Shown: positions 27,511-38,597 of the stretch, one piece after another
Layout of the letters: each line of letters starts with the position of its first letter
Position numbering within the stretch: position 1 is the first letter of the stretch
Assembly: GCA_965649765.1 (NCBI GenBank)
Contig: OZ287748.1
Span: 11,594,001-11,658,000, forward strand
DNA length: 64,000 nucleotides
Origin: Bispira polyomma
Lineage: Eukaryota
Reading direction: 5' to 3'
Translations under genes and position numbers: made by a program
Notes under the pieces: model-generated
Databases searched by the model: none
What the model was told of the DNA's origin: nothing
What the model saw: the letters and a program-made list of their open reading frames with translations, nothing else

Positions 27511-27597
27511 CTAAACTAAATTCAAAGAATGATGTTTGTGACTTCGGCCCCTGAACTGGTAGAGCACTTGTTTGCTGGTGTATGAGCAGGTATTTAC

Positions 27598-27800
27598 CTT
27601 GATCTCTTGGGACTTGATCTTGGAGGCTTCTAGGGTGGCTATGAGATCCAGGTCATCCACTGGACTGCCCTCTGAAGCACTCAACCTCTTCAGGATCCGG
27701 TCCTCTATCTCACTCAGCTCAGACTTCATCTTGGCGTTGGAGATGATCAGCTGATTCTTGGCCTCTTCCAAGTCAGGACGTTCTTCAGCCACCACAATAC
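27598..27800 (-). CDS. DNAH1: Dynein HC exon, strut/buttress: IVVAEERPDLEEAK...SQEIK
   Basis: GCCTAG acceptor, GTAAAT donor, 203 nt. Confidence 0.96.
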
Positions 27801-27879
27801 CTAGGCAGACATAGAAGTGGTTTAGAACACATTCTCTCACCACATATACTTATATAAGTTACAGACTGTATTGTATTAT

Positions 27880-28310
27880 GGATTTATAACACACCTTATT
27901 GATGTGAGCCATCTTCTAAGGCGCAACAACACAATCAGTTAACCAGTAGAGAAGTCCAAAAACATAGCAAAGGTCGTAAGGAAGGATGTGGGGTGTACAA
28001 GGAGGGAACTAAGGGGATAGTTTGAAAAGGTGGGTTTAAGCATTTTCCTAAAATCAGGTGTTTCTAGCTCAACAGGGAGCCTGTTCCATAACATGGGGGT
28101 CAGCAATAGATAAAGCTATAGATCCAGCCTTCTTGGTAGGTTTAACTAGAGGAAACAGAAAATCTCTTTCCCCTTTTAAGGTCACTGAAAAAAAGGCCAG
28201 CAGCAATGTAGGAGGGCTTTTGAGAGATGATCTATCTAGTAGACAGTAAGATAATAAGAGATTTAAAAAAAAAATCCTCAAAACACTTGTGTATTCAAAG
28301 ATGGCCAACT
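27880..28310 (-). mobile_element. L2/CR1-group LINE 3' fragment
   Basis: Decayed C-terminal RT-ORF motif (AGSIALSIA.P) and 3' tail; related pieces at 23815-23900 (+) and 25600-25830 (-). Confidence 0.6.
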
Positions 28311-28636
28311 GATGAAATAATGTTATTGATTGTTATTGGTCAAGTGACCAGTAGGGAGGTAAAGGAGGAGTGCACTAGTGTATAGGTTCACATTTTTTAC
28401 CTAAAAAAATGTACCTAAAAAAAGTGTTACTCTGCGTTGGCCAGTGGCGCTATTTAGAAAAGGTATTATTCTTGACTAAAGCTAAAAATGTTTCATCAAA
28501 ATATTCAACAGCTCAGCCCATTACCACCCAGATAATTAACTTATAAAGTACATTATTGATTTTCTAAACAGAACAACTTTTTCAGAGACTGTTCTAGGTG
28601 AGTGTGCCTCTTAGATTTAGCAGGGTCACATGCTGT

Positions 28637-29700
28637 CCTTACCTAGTAGCTGGCCATACCTAGTAGCTAGTAGCTTTCCTTACCCAGTAGCTTGCCTTAC
28701 CTAGTAGCTTGCCTTACCTAGTAGCTGGCCTTACCCAGTAGCTTGCCTTACCTAGTAGCTTGCCTTACCTAGTAGCTGGACTTACCTAGTAGCTGGTCTT
28801 ACCTAGTAGCTGGTCATACCTAGTAGCTGGTCTTACATAGTAGCTGGCCTTACCTAGAAGCTGGTCTTACCTAGTAGCTGGCCTTACCTAGTAGCTTGCC
28901 TTACATAGTAGCTGGCCTTACCTAGAAGCTGGTCTTACGTAGTAGCTTGCCTTACCTAGTAGCTGGTCTTACCTAGTAGCTGGTCATACCTAGTAGCTGG
29001 TCTTACATAGTAGCTGGCCTTACCTAGAAGCTGGTCTTACGTAGTAGCTTGCCTTACCTAGTAGCTGGTCTTACCTAGTAGCTGGCCTTACCTAGTAACT
29101 GGCCTTACCTAGTAACTGGCCTTACCTAGTAACTGGCCTTACCTAGTAGCTTGTCTTACCTAGTAGCTGGCCTTACCTAGTAGCTTGCCTTACCTAGTAG
29201 CTGGCCTTACCTAGTAGCTGGGCTCACCTAATAGCTGAACTTATCTAGTAGCTGGCCTTACCTAGTAGCTGGTCTTACCTAGTAGCTGGTCATACCTAGT
29301 AGCTGGCCTTACCTAGTAGCTGGTCTTATCTAGTAGCTGGCCTTACCTAGTAACTGGCCTTACCTAATAGCTGGTCTTACCTAGTAGCTTGTCTTACCTA
29401 GTAGCTGGCCTCACCTAGTAGCTGGCCTTACCTAGTAGCTGGCCCCACCTAGTAGCTGGCCTCACCTAGTAGCTGGCCTCACCTAGTAGCTGGCCTTACC
29501 TAGTAGCTGGTCTTACCTAGTAGCTGTAGCTGGTCTTACCTAGTAGCTGGTCTTACCTAGTATCTGTAGCTGGTCTTACCTAGTAGCTGGCCTTACCTAG
29601 TAGCTGCTCTTACCTAGTAGCTGTAGCTGGTCTTACCTAGTAGCTGGCCTTACCTAGTAGCTGGTCTTACCTAGTAGCTGGTCTTACCTAGTAGCTGGTC
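28637..29700 (-). repeat. 17-bp minisatellite (~60 copies) made from the 5' splice site of exon 29688-29871
   Basis: Sense unit ACCAGCTACTAG|GTAAG, contiguous with the exon end. Confidence 0.97.
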
Positions 29701-29871
29701 CTCTAGTCCACTTGGGGACAGGGTAAAGTTGACCAGTGTGACCTTAGTAGCAACCTCAGGGGTGTAGTGTGGGTTCGGTAGCTTGGTGGTTATGTAGAAT
29801 TTAAAGTCCTCGTGGTATGGAATGACTGCATCACCAAGCTTGATCACTATACTGCCAGCTTGCTTGAATGT
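29688..29871 (-). CDS. DNAH1: Dynein HC exon, AAA5: TFKQAG...FYITTKLPNPHYTPE...GLEDQLL(G)
   Basis: TTGCAG acceptor, first G|GTAAGA donor at 29687, 184 nt. Confidence 0.95.
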
Positions 29872-30036
29872 CTGCAAATAAACAGGACGGTATAAAAACA
29901 TTTATAACATCATCACGAAGACTTGATCACCATACTGCCAGCTTGCTTGAATGTCTGTAAATAAACAGGACGGTATAGAAACATTTATAACATCATCACC
30001 AAGGTTGATAGCTATACTGTCAGCTTGCTTGAATGT
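29829..30036 (-). repeat. 82-83-bp tandem repeat (2.5 units) containing the 3' splice site of exon 29688-29871
   Basis: cagcttgcttgaatgt occurs three times. Confidence 0.93.
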
Positions 30037-30421
30037 GTAAACACTCACCGGGATAACATATTAGTGCAGTGTAAATGTACTATCCAAACACGATTTGATA
30101 AATGGATTTTGTTCTGATTATGCAAGAGGCATTTTAGTACATAAAAGTTAATGTAAAAATGGTTGAATTGAGTTGATAAAATTGAAAAAAGAAGGATTTA
30201 CAGGCATAATAGCTGTTGAAATGACAGCATTTTTGTAAAAATAAAATGTAGGGTTAAATTTAGGTATTTTGTTTAAACAGAAAGCACTTGACTTGGGTTA
30301 CTGTGACACCATAACTTCTTAAAAGACATATCTGTCCGGTGCTTATTTTGGTTGTAAAAATTAAATTCCACAATATATTTCACAGAATGGCCACAAAAGA
30401 CAGAAGAATTAAGTAAATCAC

Positions 30422-30571
30422 CTGTTTCAACAAGATGGGCTCCAAAGCTGGATCTAATTCTTCTCTGACATTTTCTAACAGACACGGCTTGCCAAACCTG
30501 ACTGCATTCTCTAAGCTTCTCAAGAAGTCTTTGTCTGACAACTTAATCACATCTAACCCGTTTTCTTTTTC
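30422..30571 (-). CDS. DNAH1: Dynein HC exon, AAA5: [13 protein letters not shown]...[12 protein letters not shown]
   Basis: TGACAG acceptor, GTGATT donor, 150 nt. Confidence 0.95.
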
Positions 30572-31464
30572 CTGTCACACACAAAAACAACAAAAATTCA
30601 TTACATTAGTGCCAAGTAATAATAAGTGATAGTCACTTCAGAGAGCCTGATGTAGAGATATTAGCCTTTAGAGATTTTGTAATCTTACAAACCCTATAAA
30701 GTAGCTTTATGTCTGGCCTTTTCATAGAAAAAAATGCCATGTTCTTTATTACACATCACACTAATAATATTATAAAACCAAACTACAGTGTCACAATAAC
30801 ATATTTGTTTCACACTTTAGCCCCACTTTTTAAGCTATTTGTCACTGTAAATCAAATTTAGGACAACGAGCATAGCATTGAAGGGTTAAATGAATAAATT
30901 TTCTACTCAAAATTTTTTTTACTGCTGGAGAAATGACTTTAACACCTCGAATGCTTGGACTAACAAGTAGAGATAAAACCTGCTTCACAAAGATAATAGA
31001 CCTTTGAAAATACTGGACTTTATTGCATTAAATACAAGAATGGGCTGTTGTTTAAACTTTTTACAATATCTTAGACTGAAAAGTAAGATATCCTCTCATC
31101 AATGGATAAAGCAAATAGGACATTTATAGATAGACAATAATAAATGCTTACTAGATTTAATATATGTAAAAATACATATTAAACTTCATTTAATAACTAA
31201 AGTAAAGCCTGAGGAAATATAGCAAGAACTGGTCTGCAGGTCATCAAACCACCATCATCATTGTATACATGGATAAACAACCTATATTCATTCTTAGAAC
31301 ATTATTTGTGGTCTGTATCATATGTGCGCAAATGTCTAGTTAAAAAGGGTCAACTTACCAGATACTTTTGATTTTTTGAAATTGATTTTTTTTAATTTCT
31401 TTTTTTATATAGTAGTCACTAATACTTTTAAATTTTACATATCAATTTAGTGGTGCACACTCAC

Positions 31465-31710
31465 CAGATTTTTGACCCATTTATTGGCCTGTCCCTGTGG
31501 ATCAATAAATAAAGGCCAGCGTTTAGAGAACTGTACTATGACCCCATTCTCTACGCTCAGGTTGTCTTTAGGCAGTCCAGCGATCTGCCAACTTCTGACC
31601 TTGACTGGGTCACTGAGTGTGCTCAAAATGTCACAATTCTCATTGTGAGGGACCTTCTTTTCTTTCAGGTGTTCAATCCAGTGGGCGACCATATTGTTAC
31701 GGTATTTCCC
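31465..31710 (-). CDS. DNAH1: Dynein HC exon, AAA5: GKYRNNMV...GLPKDNLSVENG...RWPLFIDPQGQANKWVKNL
   Basis: TCTTAG acceptor, GTGAGT donor, 246 nt. Confidence 0.96.
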
Positions 31711-31749
31711 CTAAGAAACAAACACAAATTGTAAAATAATTTTTAGAGT

Positions 31750-32050
31750 AATTTATCCTTTTGTAATATAAATACTACTTACCTTATCCCCACAATATGC
31801 TATTATTTTATTTGAATTAAACACCCGACCAGACAGACTTTTTTATAATGATTATGCTTGTTAATCTGTCTCTGAATCTCACAGACAAAGTGTGCTGCGC
31901 ATGCGCAGGAAGTGTCCTCACTTCCTTATGGGACGTGTCACCTTTACATTTGATTTGATCGCCATACACTTTTTGGGTCAGGCGGTTACTTCAAAAAAAA
32001 TAATACCATATTGTGAGGATAAGGTAAGTACATTTGTCGCAATAAAAATA
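31750..32050. mobile_element. Miniature inverted-repeat element with TACTTACC / GGTAAGTA termini
   Basis: 35-bp IR starting at 31776 and ending at 32030 (2 mismatches); internal TGCGCATGCGCA and GGAAGT...ACTTCC. Confidence 0.7.
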
Positions 32051-32609
32051 CGTACAGTAGAACCTTTATTATCAGAACTTCTAATTTATGGATATTCAAT
32101 ATTACAAACTCATTTCCACACTCCCAAAATTAGGATTTCCTTTTTTTTTTGTACAGAAATGCCTAATTCAGGTTTATGAACATTCTAATACAAACACATT
32201 CTTGCTCTCCCAACCCGTTCGGATAATAGGGTCCCCAATGTACAGAATAAAAGAAGGAAAGTAAATGTTCCATGTAGAATGAAAACCAGTTCCTTAAATA
32301 ACTACACATGGAAATGTTATATTTACAATATTTGATGCATTGTGACAGTGTGGTAATACGCTGAAAAATGCAATTTACTCAAGTCAATAAACGTGATAGA
32401 TCTTAGTCAAGTACTGTTAACAGTACCACACATCAGCTTCACTATAATAAGATAGTCTATCACCCAATTAGGCTATCTGTCATTCTCAATATAAAGGGAA
32501 ATACCACTTGCCCTCAGTGCCTGAAATTTTACATTTTTTTGGTGGTTAAGCATAAAAGCTAGCAAGCTTGACTCTGAGACAAATGGAATACTTAAAGAAT
32601 GAAGTACCA

Positions 32610-33084
32610 CTTACAGTAAATAGCTGTAGGTAGGTAATACTTACAGTAAATGGTGCCAGCCAGTAATTACTTACAGTAAATGGCCCCAGGTAGGTATTTA
32701 TTCACAGTAAATAGTCCCAGGTAGGTAATACTTACAGTAAATGGTCCCAGGTAGGTTTTATTTACAGTAAATGGTCCCAGGTAGGCAATACTTACAGTAA
32801 ATGGCCCAGGTAGGCATTACTTACAGTAAAGGGCCCCGAGTAGGTTTTATTTACAGTTAATGGCCCCAGGTAGACAATACTTACAGTAAAGGGCCCCAGG
32901 TAGACAATACTTACAGTAAATGGCCCCAGGTAGGTTTTATTTACAGTAAATGGTCCCAGGTAGACAATACCTACAGTAAATGGCCCCAGGTAGGTTTTAT
33001 TTACAGTAAAATGACCCCAGGTAGACAATACTTACAGTAAATGGCCCCAGGTAGACAATACTTACAGTAAATGGCCCCAAGTAG
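32610..33084 (-). repeat. 30-bp minisatellite (15 extra copies) made from the 5' splice site of exon 33066-33476
   Basis: Sense unit TACCTGGGGCCATTTACT|GTAAGTATTGTC. Confidence 0.97.
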
Positions 33085-33476
33085 GCCACAGTTCCTGAGG
33101 ACACCAGAATGTCTCCTATGATGTTTCCTATGACACGTTCCAGTGTGGCCACAGATTCCTGCCATCTTCCTTTCTCATCAGCCAGGCCTCCAATCAGTTT
33201 ATCAGCCCTCACTAGCCTGCCCTCACATTCGTGAGTCTTGTTCTGAAGCTCGTCCTTCTTACGTATACAGTCCTCATACTTGGCCTGTAAAGTGGCGATA
33301 CCTTCCTCCACCTCAGCCAGACGTTTTCGAGCTGCGTCCAGAATCCTTTGCGTCTCTGCTAACTCCTCCTGGGCAATACGCAGTGCCTCCCTTTTGGGAG
33401 CTACACCTTTGGCCACAAAGTGGTATTTGTGCATGGCTCGTGCCCACTGGCAGATGGACGTACAGGCCTTGGACAC
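33066..33476 (-). CDS. DNAH1: Dynein HC exon, MTBD/CC2: VSKACTSICQWARAM...LIGGLADEKGRW...AYLGPFT
   Basis: TTACAG acceptor, first GTAAGT donor at 33065, 411 nt. Confidence 0.95.
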
Positions 33477-33977
33477 CTGTAACGAAGACATGATAGAAAT
33501 ACAGTAGACCCTTTATTGTAGGAAATTAATTTTTTAACATTCTTTATCATAGTTGATCACCTCAACATTTTTGCAATATTGTAGTACATACTGCTTTTTG
33601 AAATAACAAGGTTGAACAAACCTTCTTTCAAAGTATTTAATTGTACTTGGATTTTTGGCTTTTCTAGAATATTCAGCCCAAATCACTTTTTTGGGTGTTT
33701 TTTGAGTCCAGTTTATTGTTTGTAAACAAACATGTACATTTCTATTTAGAATTATTAAATTACACCAGTGAGCTGATGGAAAAGATACTGTTTTGCTATA
33801 TTTTATTGCCAGAAAGCAAGAAGGTTCAGGTGTTTACTTAATTGGGTGAACTACCATGATACAAGAATCTATCTCTATGTGACGACGGCCAGATTGTCTG
33901 GTACATATTCTTACTGTGTTGTTACCAAGGTATGAATCTTTCAAACAGACACCCTTTACAGCAGTAATTGTACCTAC

Positions 33978-34151
33978 CTTAGCGATGGCAGCAGGTGTAA
34001 AGTTCTCATCATCTATGTAAGGCTGGATTTTGATGATCACTGAGTCCGGGATGTTGTCTTTGTCATACTTGAAGAGACTTTCCAAGAATTTTCCCGGATC
34101 CGCCAGCAGAGCTTTGCCTGGGTCCCAGTAGTCATCCACTTTTGTACCAGG
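33978..34151 (-). CDS. DNAH1: Dynein HC exon, MTBD: PGTKVDDYWDPGK...YDKDNIPD...AIAK
   Basis: CCTCAG acceptor, GTAGGT donor, 174 nt. Confidence 0.96.
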
Positions 34152-34994
34152 CTGAGGATACAAACAATTACTACCCTAATCAGACACATTCAAGTCGCTA
34201 AAGCTTCTAGATGGATGGTTTTACTATTTCAAGCTTACTGGTTACAGAGTATTTAAGGTAGAAATGAAAATAATGGATAGGGTTGCAACTTAAATTCTTA
34301 ACAGTTGTAAACATTTATCACTTGGAAATGACTACTGAATAATTTCAAATGGATTTTTAAAGTTAATTCACTAAGATAAAAATTTAGAAGCTATTTGTTT
34401 AAGGCCTGTCTGTAAATTTCGGCCATCTTGGATTTGACAGGAAATCACATAGTTCTATTATTTTTTAAGATATCTTAAACAAAGAATAGTTCAGACCTGT
34501 TTTTAGTCATAATGAAATGTCAGGTTATGATTGATGTTTAGCAAAAGGCTATAAGATAACATATAACAGAATTAATAGTGGTCTAACTCCGGTTGATCTT
34601 TTCCTGCGTGTGTGCAATAACTCTACATATACTGTACATATACAGAACTTACAGCAGAAAGTGCAGACGGGAGAATATTTCATTTTAATTTGCACCGGCG
34701 TAAAATGTATTAAAAAATTATAGTTATTAGTATTTACCGGGAATTTTAAAGATTTTTAGTCTTAATTTAACGCAATATTTCAGATAGAAAGTTGATAAAA
34801 AAATTAGGTTGACGTAAATTATAAACCATAAAAAAACAACAATGGTATAATAAACTCTATTTTTACTGCCCTGTAAATATGGATTTACAGTTAATTCTTT
34901 GTGACAAAAAAAATTTCTTCTTTATTTGCCGTAATATATATGCGACGTAGAAAATACTTAGATTTTAGTAACAGCCAGCTTAAACTTATACATG

Positions 34995-35341
34995 GGTGGG
35001 ACTTGTTTCCATCTAGCCTTGACCTCGACCACTTGAAAATTTATATGGACTTTCTATTGGTTTTCTTGGTGGCCGAGGCCAAGGGTAAGTTGTGGCCAGG
35101 CATCCTCTGTGACCAGGCATCTTCTGTGACCAGGCATCTTCTGTGGCCAGCCAGGCATCCTCTATGGCACACATGCCAATCAGTATGCAAAAGAATAGTT
35201 CAATAGGAGAAAAGGTTCATGATCAAAGTTCAGTCGTGACCAGGAGACAAAGGTTAAGGTGAAAAAGTGAGTTGATTACAAACGATGCATTTTGAGCTTT
35301 TGCCAGAAGCCTGTAATCCTCGTCTCAGTGCGAGGACTAGT
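34995..35341 (+). mobile_element. Helitron/HINE-like 3' fragment with short internal 17-bp repeats
   Basis: Ends in hairpin TCCTCG-x8-CGAGGA then CTAG|T; shares a ccttgacc block with 46860. Confidence 0.4.
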
Positions 35342-35378
35342 ATAGTGAGAGTTGCACTCAAGTGTAGTGTCTTTATAC

Positions 35379-35569
35379 CTTATCTCCTGCAACCTTCTTT
35401 GGTTTGACTCCCCTCATGATACACACAGCCTCTATGACCATCTTGACTCCCTCTGGGGGCCTAGTCATGGCTCTCACTTCAACCACATCGTTCTTGTTGA
35501 GGGACTTAAGACTGGCCAGGGCAGCATCCAGGGCAGGTAGGGCCTCATTCAGGTCTCTCTGAGCAGAGT
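35379..35569 (-). CDS. DNAH1: Dynein HC exon, CC1/MTBD: DSAQRDLNEALPAL...VIEAVCIM...AGDK
   Basis: TTGCAG acceptor, GTATAA donor, 191 nt. Confidence 0.95.
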
Positions 35570-35882
35570 CTGCAAACACAAACACCAGTGTCTTGTATAC
35601 AACACTCACACTGAGGGGAAAGGACAGAACCATTTGGATCAACAGAGCCAGCCCAGTATTTAACATACCCACCTATAAGGAGGGCAGAGGCAGAAGAGGC
35701 AAAAGAGGGTTAATAAAACTTTCTAAATTTTCTGTCTAAATGCATTCATTTACTAGTTTTGAATTGTAAATCTCATTGTAAATTAATAAAAACCCATCAT
35801 GTGTATACATATAATGCAAGAAAGTGAAGGACAAGATCTACACAGATCTTGCTATAATCTCTGTGACACCCTTATAGTACAG

Positions 35883-35967
35883 GGCCCGTATTCACAAAGG
35901 GACTCAGTATACTTTTGTGTTAGATTTATGCCTAAGACCTGGCTATGTCCCTTTGTGAATAAGGCCC
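35883..35967. mobile_element. PIF/Harbinger-like MITE
   Basis: 20-bp TIR GGCCCGTATTCACAAAGGGA, CAG TSD (35880 and 35968). Confidence 0.85.
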
Positions 35968-36010
35968 CAGACCTGCTATAAAACCTATGTGACACCCTAT
36001 TAGTACAGAC

Positions 36011-36215
36011 CTGCTATAGCCTGCGTCTCCTTAGCTTTGAGCATTGCTCCTTCCTCTTCCTTGACCACCAGTTCCTTGGTCTCCTCAGCAACCTTGGTAT
36101 CCACCTCTATCTGCTTCATGGTGCTGATGGACTCCTGTACAGCTTCCTCCAGCAGTGGCTTCATGGTCTCCAGCTCCTCCTGTAGTTTGGCCACCTCCTC
36201 CCCTGTACTCAGTAA
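36011..36215 (-). CDS. DNAH1: Dynein HC exon, stalk CC1: LLSTGEEVAKLQEEL...TQAIA
   Basis: TTGTAG acceptor, G|GTCTGT donor, 205 nt. Confidence 0.94.
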
Positions 36216-36487
36216 CTACAATACAACAGTTACTGTGCACATATAGTCCCACAGAACAAGGCCACCCCCTGTACTCAATAACTATAATACAACAGTTACT
36301 GTGTACATATAGTCCCACAGAACAAGGCCACCCCCTGTACTCAATAACTATAATACAACAGTTACTGTGTACATACAGTCCCACAGAACAAGGCCACCCC
36401 CTGTACTCAATAACTATAATACAACAGTTACTGTGTACATACAGTCCCACAGAACAAGGCCACCCTCTGTGTACTCAATAACTACAA
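36190..36487 (-). repeat. 66-bp tandem repeat (4+ units) containing the 3' splice site of exon 36011-36215
   Basis: gtactc anchors at 36205, 36271, 36337, 36403 and 36471. Confidence 0.96.
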
Positions 36488-37286
36488 GGGTATACAATAG
36501 ACTACAGTACACCAGCCAATGTACACGGTCAGCATTAAAAAAAATTTCTTAAATCAGAAATTTAAAATTTCCAGTTGATCATGTTTATTGTGAATCTTAT
36601 AATGGCTGAGGCTGTGCTCTGAAAGGATTAAGTGACAAGAAGTTGACATCCACCAGAAAAATGGGTTTAATGTGTAATATTTATTTAAGTGTATGAAAGG
36701 TCAGTACTAGTATGTCAAACGTAAACAAATGAGTCTTGATGAAAGGATTACCACTACAACACTGAAGGGATTACATCTATTAACTGAAATGTCAATCATT
36801 AAGCAAGGAAAAGTGTTTCTTAGAAAGTCAGTGGTATACACACCCCCTGTACTCAGGAACTACAGTACATCATCACCAAACTAGAGAGTAAAGCTTGTCA
36901 AATGCTTTAAAGTAAATCTATTTGGCTAAAAAGCATCCAAACAGCCAAAAATGCTGTCTCCCCATCCCAAAACAGAGTAAGACTATACATTTACATGTTT
37001 TAGTCAGACCCCTAAGTGGGTGGAGTCAAGGTGTACAAGGTGTAACGCCCAATTATGATGATGGTATAACATAAAAGAAAAACTAAAATTTGTAGGCTCA
37101 GATCATGCTACGGCATAAAACCATTGTAAAACAGTTACTTTATTATTTTCTTTAGAAAAAGAAACAACAGCATCATCCAGACAATTTTTAGAGGATACTC
37201 AGTAAGGGTTGGGTTAAATTATTTCCGAGAAAGTGGTAAAAATGCTGTCGCTGTCCCAGGTAGTTTCAGGTAGTTTCGGTACATAC

Positions 37287-37478
37287 CTTGTCCAGACCAG
37301 TCTTTGTTCTCCTCTTAGCAGTAGTGAGGGATAACTTCTTCATCCCAATCAGCTTGGCAAAGATCCCCAGCAGCTCCAAGTAACTGGTAGGCGTCACGTA
37401 GTTATGGCGACCCAACTCAGCCAAATACTTGGCTGAACCACTGGCCACTGAGGAATGGATTTCTTGGCACATCAGAAC
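37287..37478 (-). CDS. DNAH1: Dynein HC exon: VLMCQEIH...RHNYVTPTSYLELL...KTGLDK
   Basis: TTGTAG acceptor, GTATGT donor, 192 nt. Confidence 0.96.
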
Positions 37479-37692
37479 CTACAACAATGTGGCACTTCGA
37501 TCAAAGAACCTATGGGGTTATCTAGATCAAACATCCTACTTGACAGTTCAAGGGATTTTACTGCATCACCATAAAATTAGTTATATCATGGTACTATACT
37601 GGTGAATGTTTCGTGTGTTTGTGTAAAATTGAATTTTACATAAAAACTTTATTTTAAAAAAAAAAACCATTATTATTATCATTTTAAAATGA

Positions 37693-37975
37693 TTTTTTTT
37701 TTAAATTTGGATATTTAACGTCCACTCTAATACCTGTTTATGTTATACTGAGACGGGTAGCTGGAAACGCTGGAGGAAACACTGCTGATCAAGTTGATCA
37801 AGGTTCTGCACTGAAACCAGCAGCCCACAGTAAGGAACTACCACCTTTCCCACATAGGCATCGACAGGATTCGAACTCACGCCGTCCAGAGGTACAGTTG
37901 ATTGCCGCCCAGAGGTACAGTTGACCAGTGATTGTGAAGCGCAATGCTTGCTAAGCACTAGGCCACCGCGGCCCC
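37693..37975 (-). mobile_element. tRNA-derived SINE, full length
   Basis: A box TGGCCTAGTG, B box GAGTTCGAATCC, A tail, TSD attttaaaatga (37681 and 37978). Confidence 0.9.
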
Positions 37976-38343
37976 TTATTTTAAAATGAACTACATATAA
38001 TAAAGTACTGGTAAGCTACCCAACAAGCAACATCTATAATACATGTACATACCACTTTTTGATTCAATTTTATTATTCAAACTTCTCTTATCTGAAGATT
38101 TAACATTATCATTTCATTTTTACTCCCTCAAATGCTCTCCTAACATGTTCGGATAATAGTGGTAGTATGAAAATGGCAGATTCGGTACGAAAGACACTTC
38201 ACCTGTGATTTGTTGTGTACAAAATGGCTTTCACACCTCACTATGAGGCGGTGTTTTGAGAAGACATTTATAGTGTATATTAAATGAATTTTAACCAGTG
38301 AAGTCTGACATGGCTACAATATGATATACAAGCATCATCCTAC

Positions 38344-38597
38344 CAGGCCATCCATGACTTCATCAGTACAGTCCAGGTCAGGAATGTCATTCAAGAACTT
38401 CAAGGCCACAGACTTGAGGGCATCAGCCGGCCACGCACTGAACCAGTCGATGGTACAGCAGTTCACTAACGCCGGGAACTGACGCAGGCGGGCACGGAAG
38501 ATCTCACCCAGAGGACTCATGGTGACCACGCTGTGTAAGTTGGATCTCACCCTCTTAGTGTAGGTGGCATACAGGTTGGTCTTGGTTGGCTGTAAGC
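38344..38597 (-). CDS. DNAH1: Dynein HC exon: LQPTKTNLY...FRARLRQFPALVNCCTIDWF...MDGL
   Basis: CTTTAG acceptor, GTAGGA donor, 254 nt. Confidence 0.96.

Noticed and set aside
31776-31790. U1 snRNA gene from TACTTACC
   Set aside because: The match is limited to 8 nt and is part of an inverted terminal repeat.
36085-36552. Repetitive ORFs in arrays (also 32792-33028, 42179-42361)
   Set aside because: Open frames are by-products of the repeat units; no evidence of independent genes.
37860-37975. tRNA gene
   Set aside because: A and B boxes are followed by a SINE body, A tail and TSD, with no cloverleaf.
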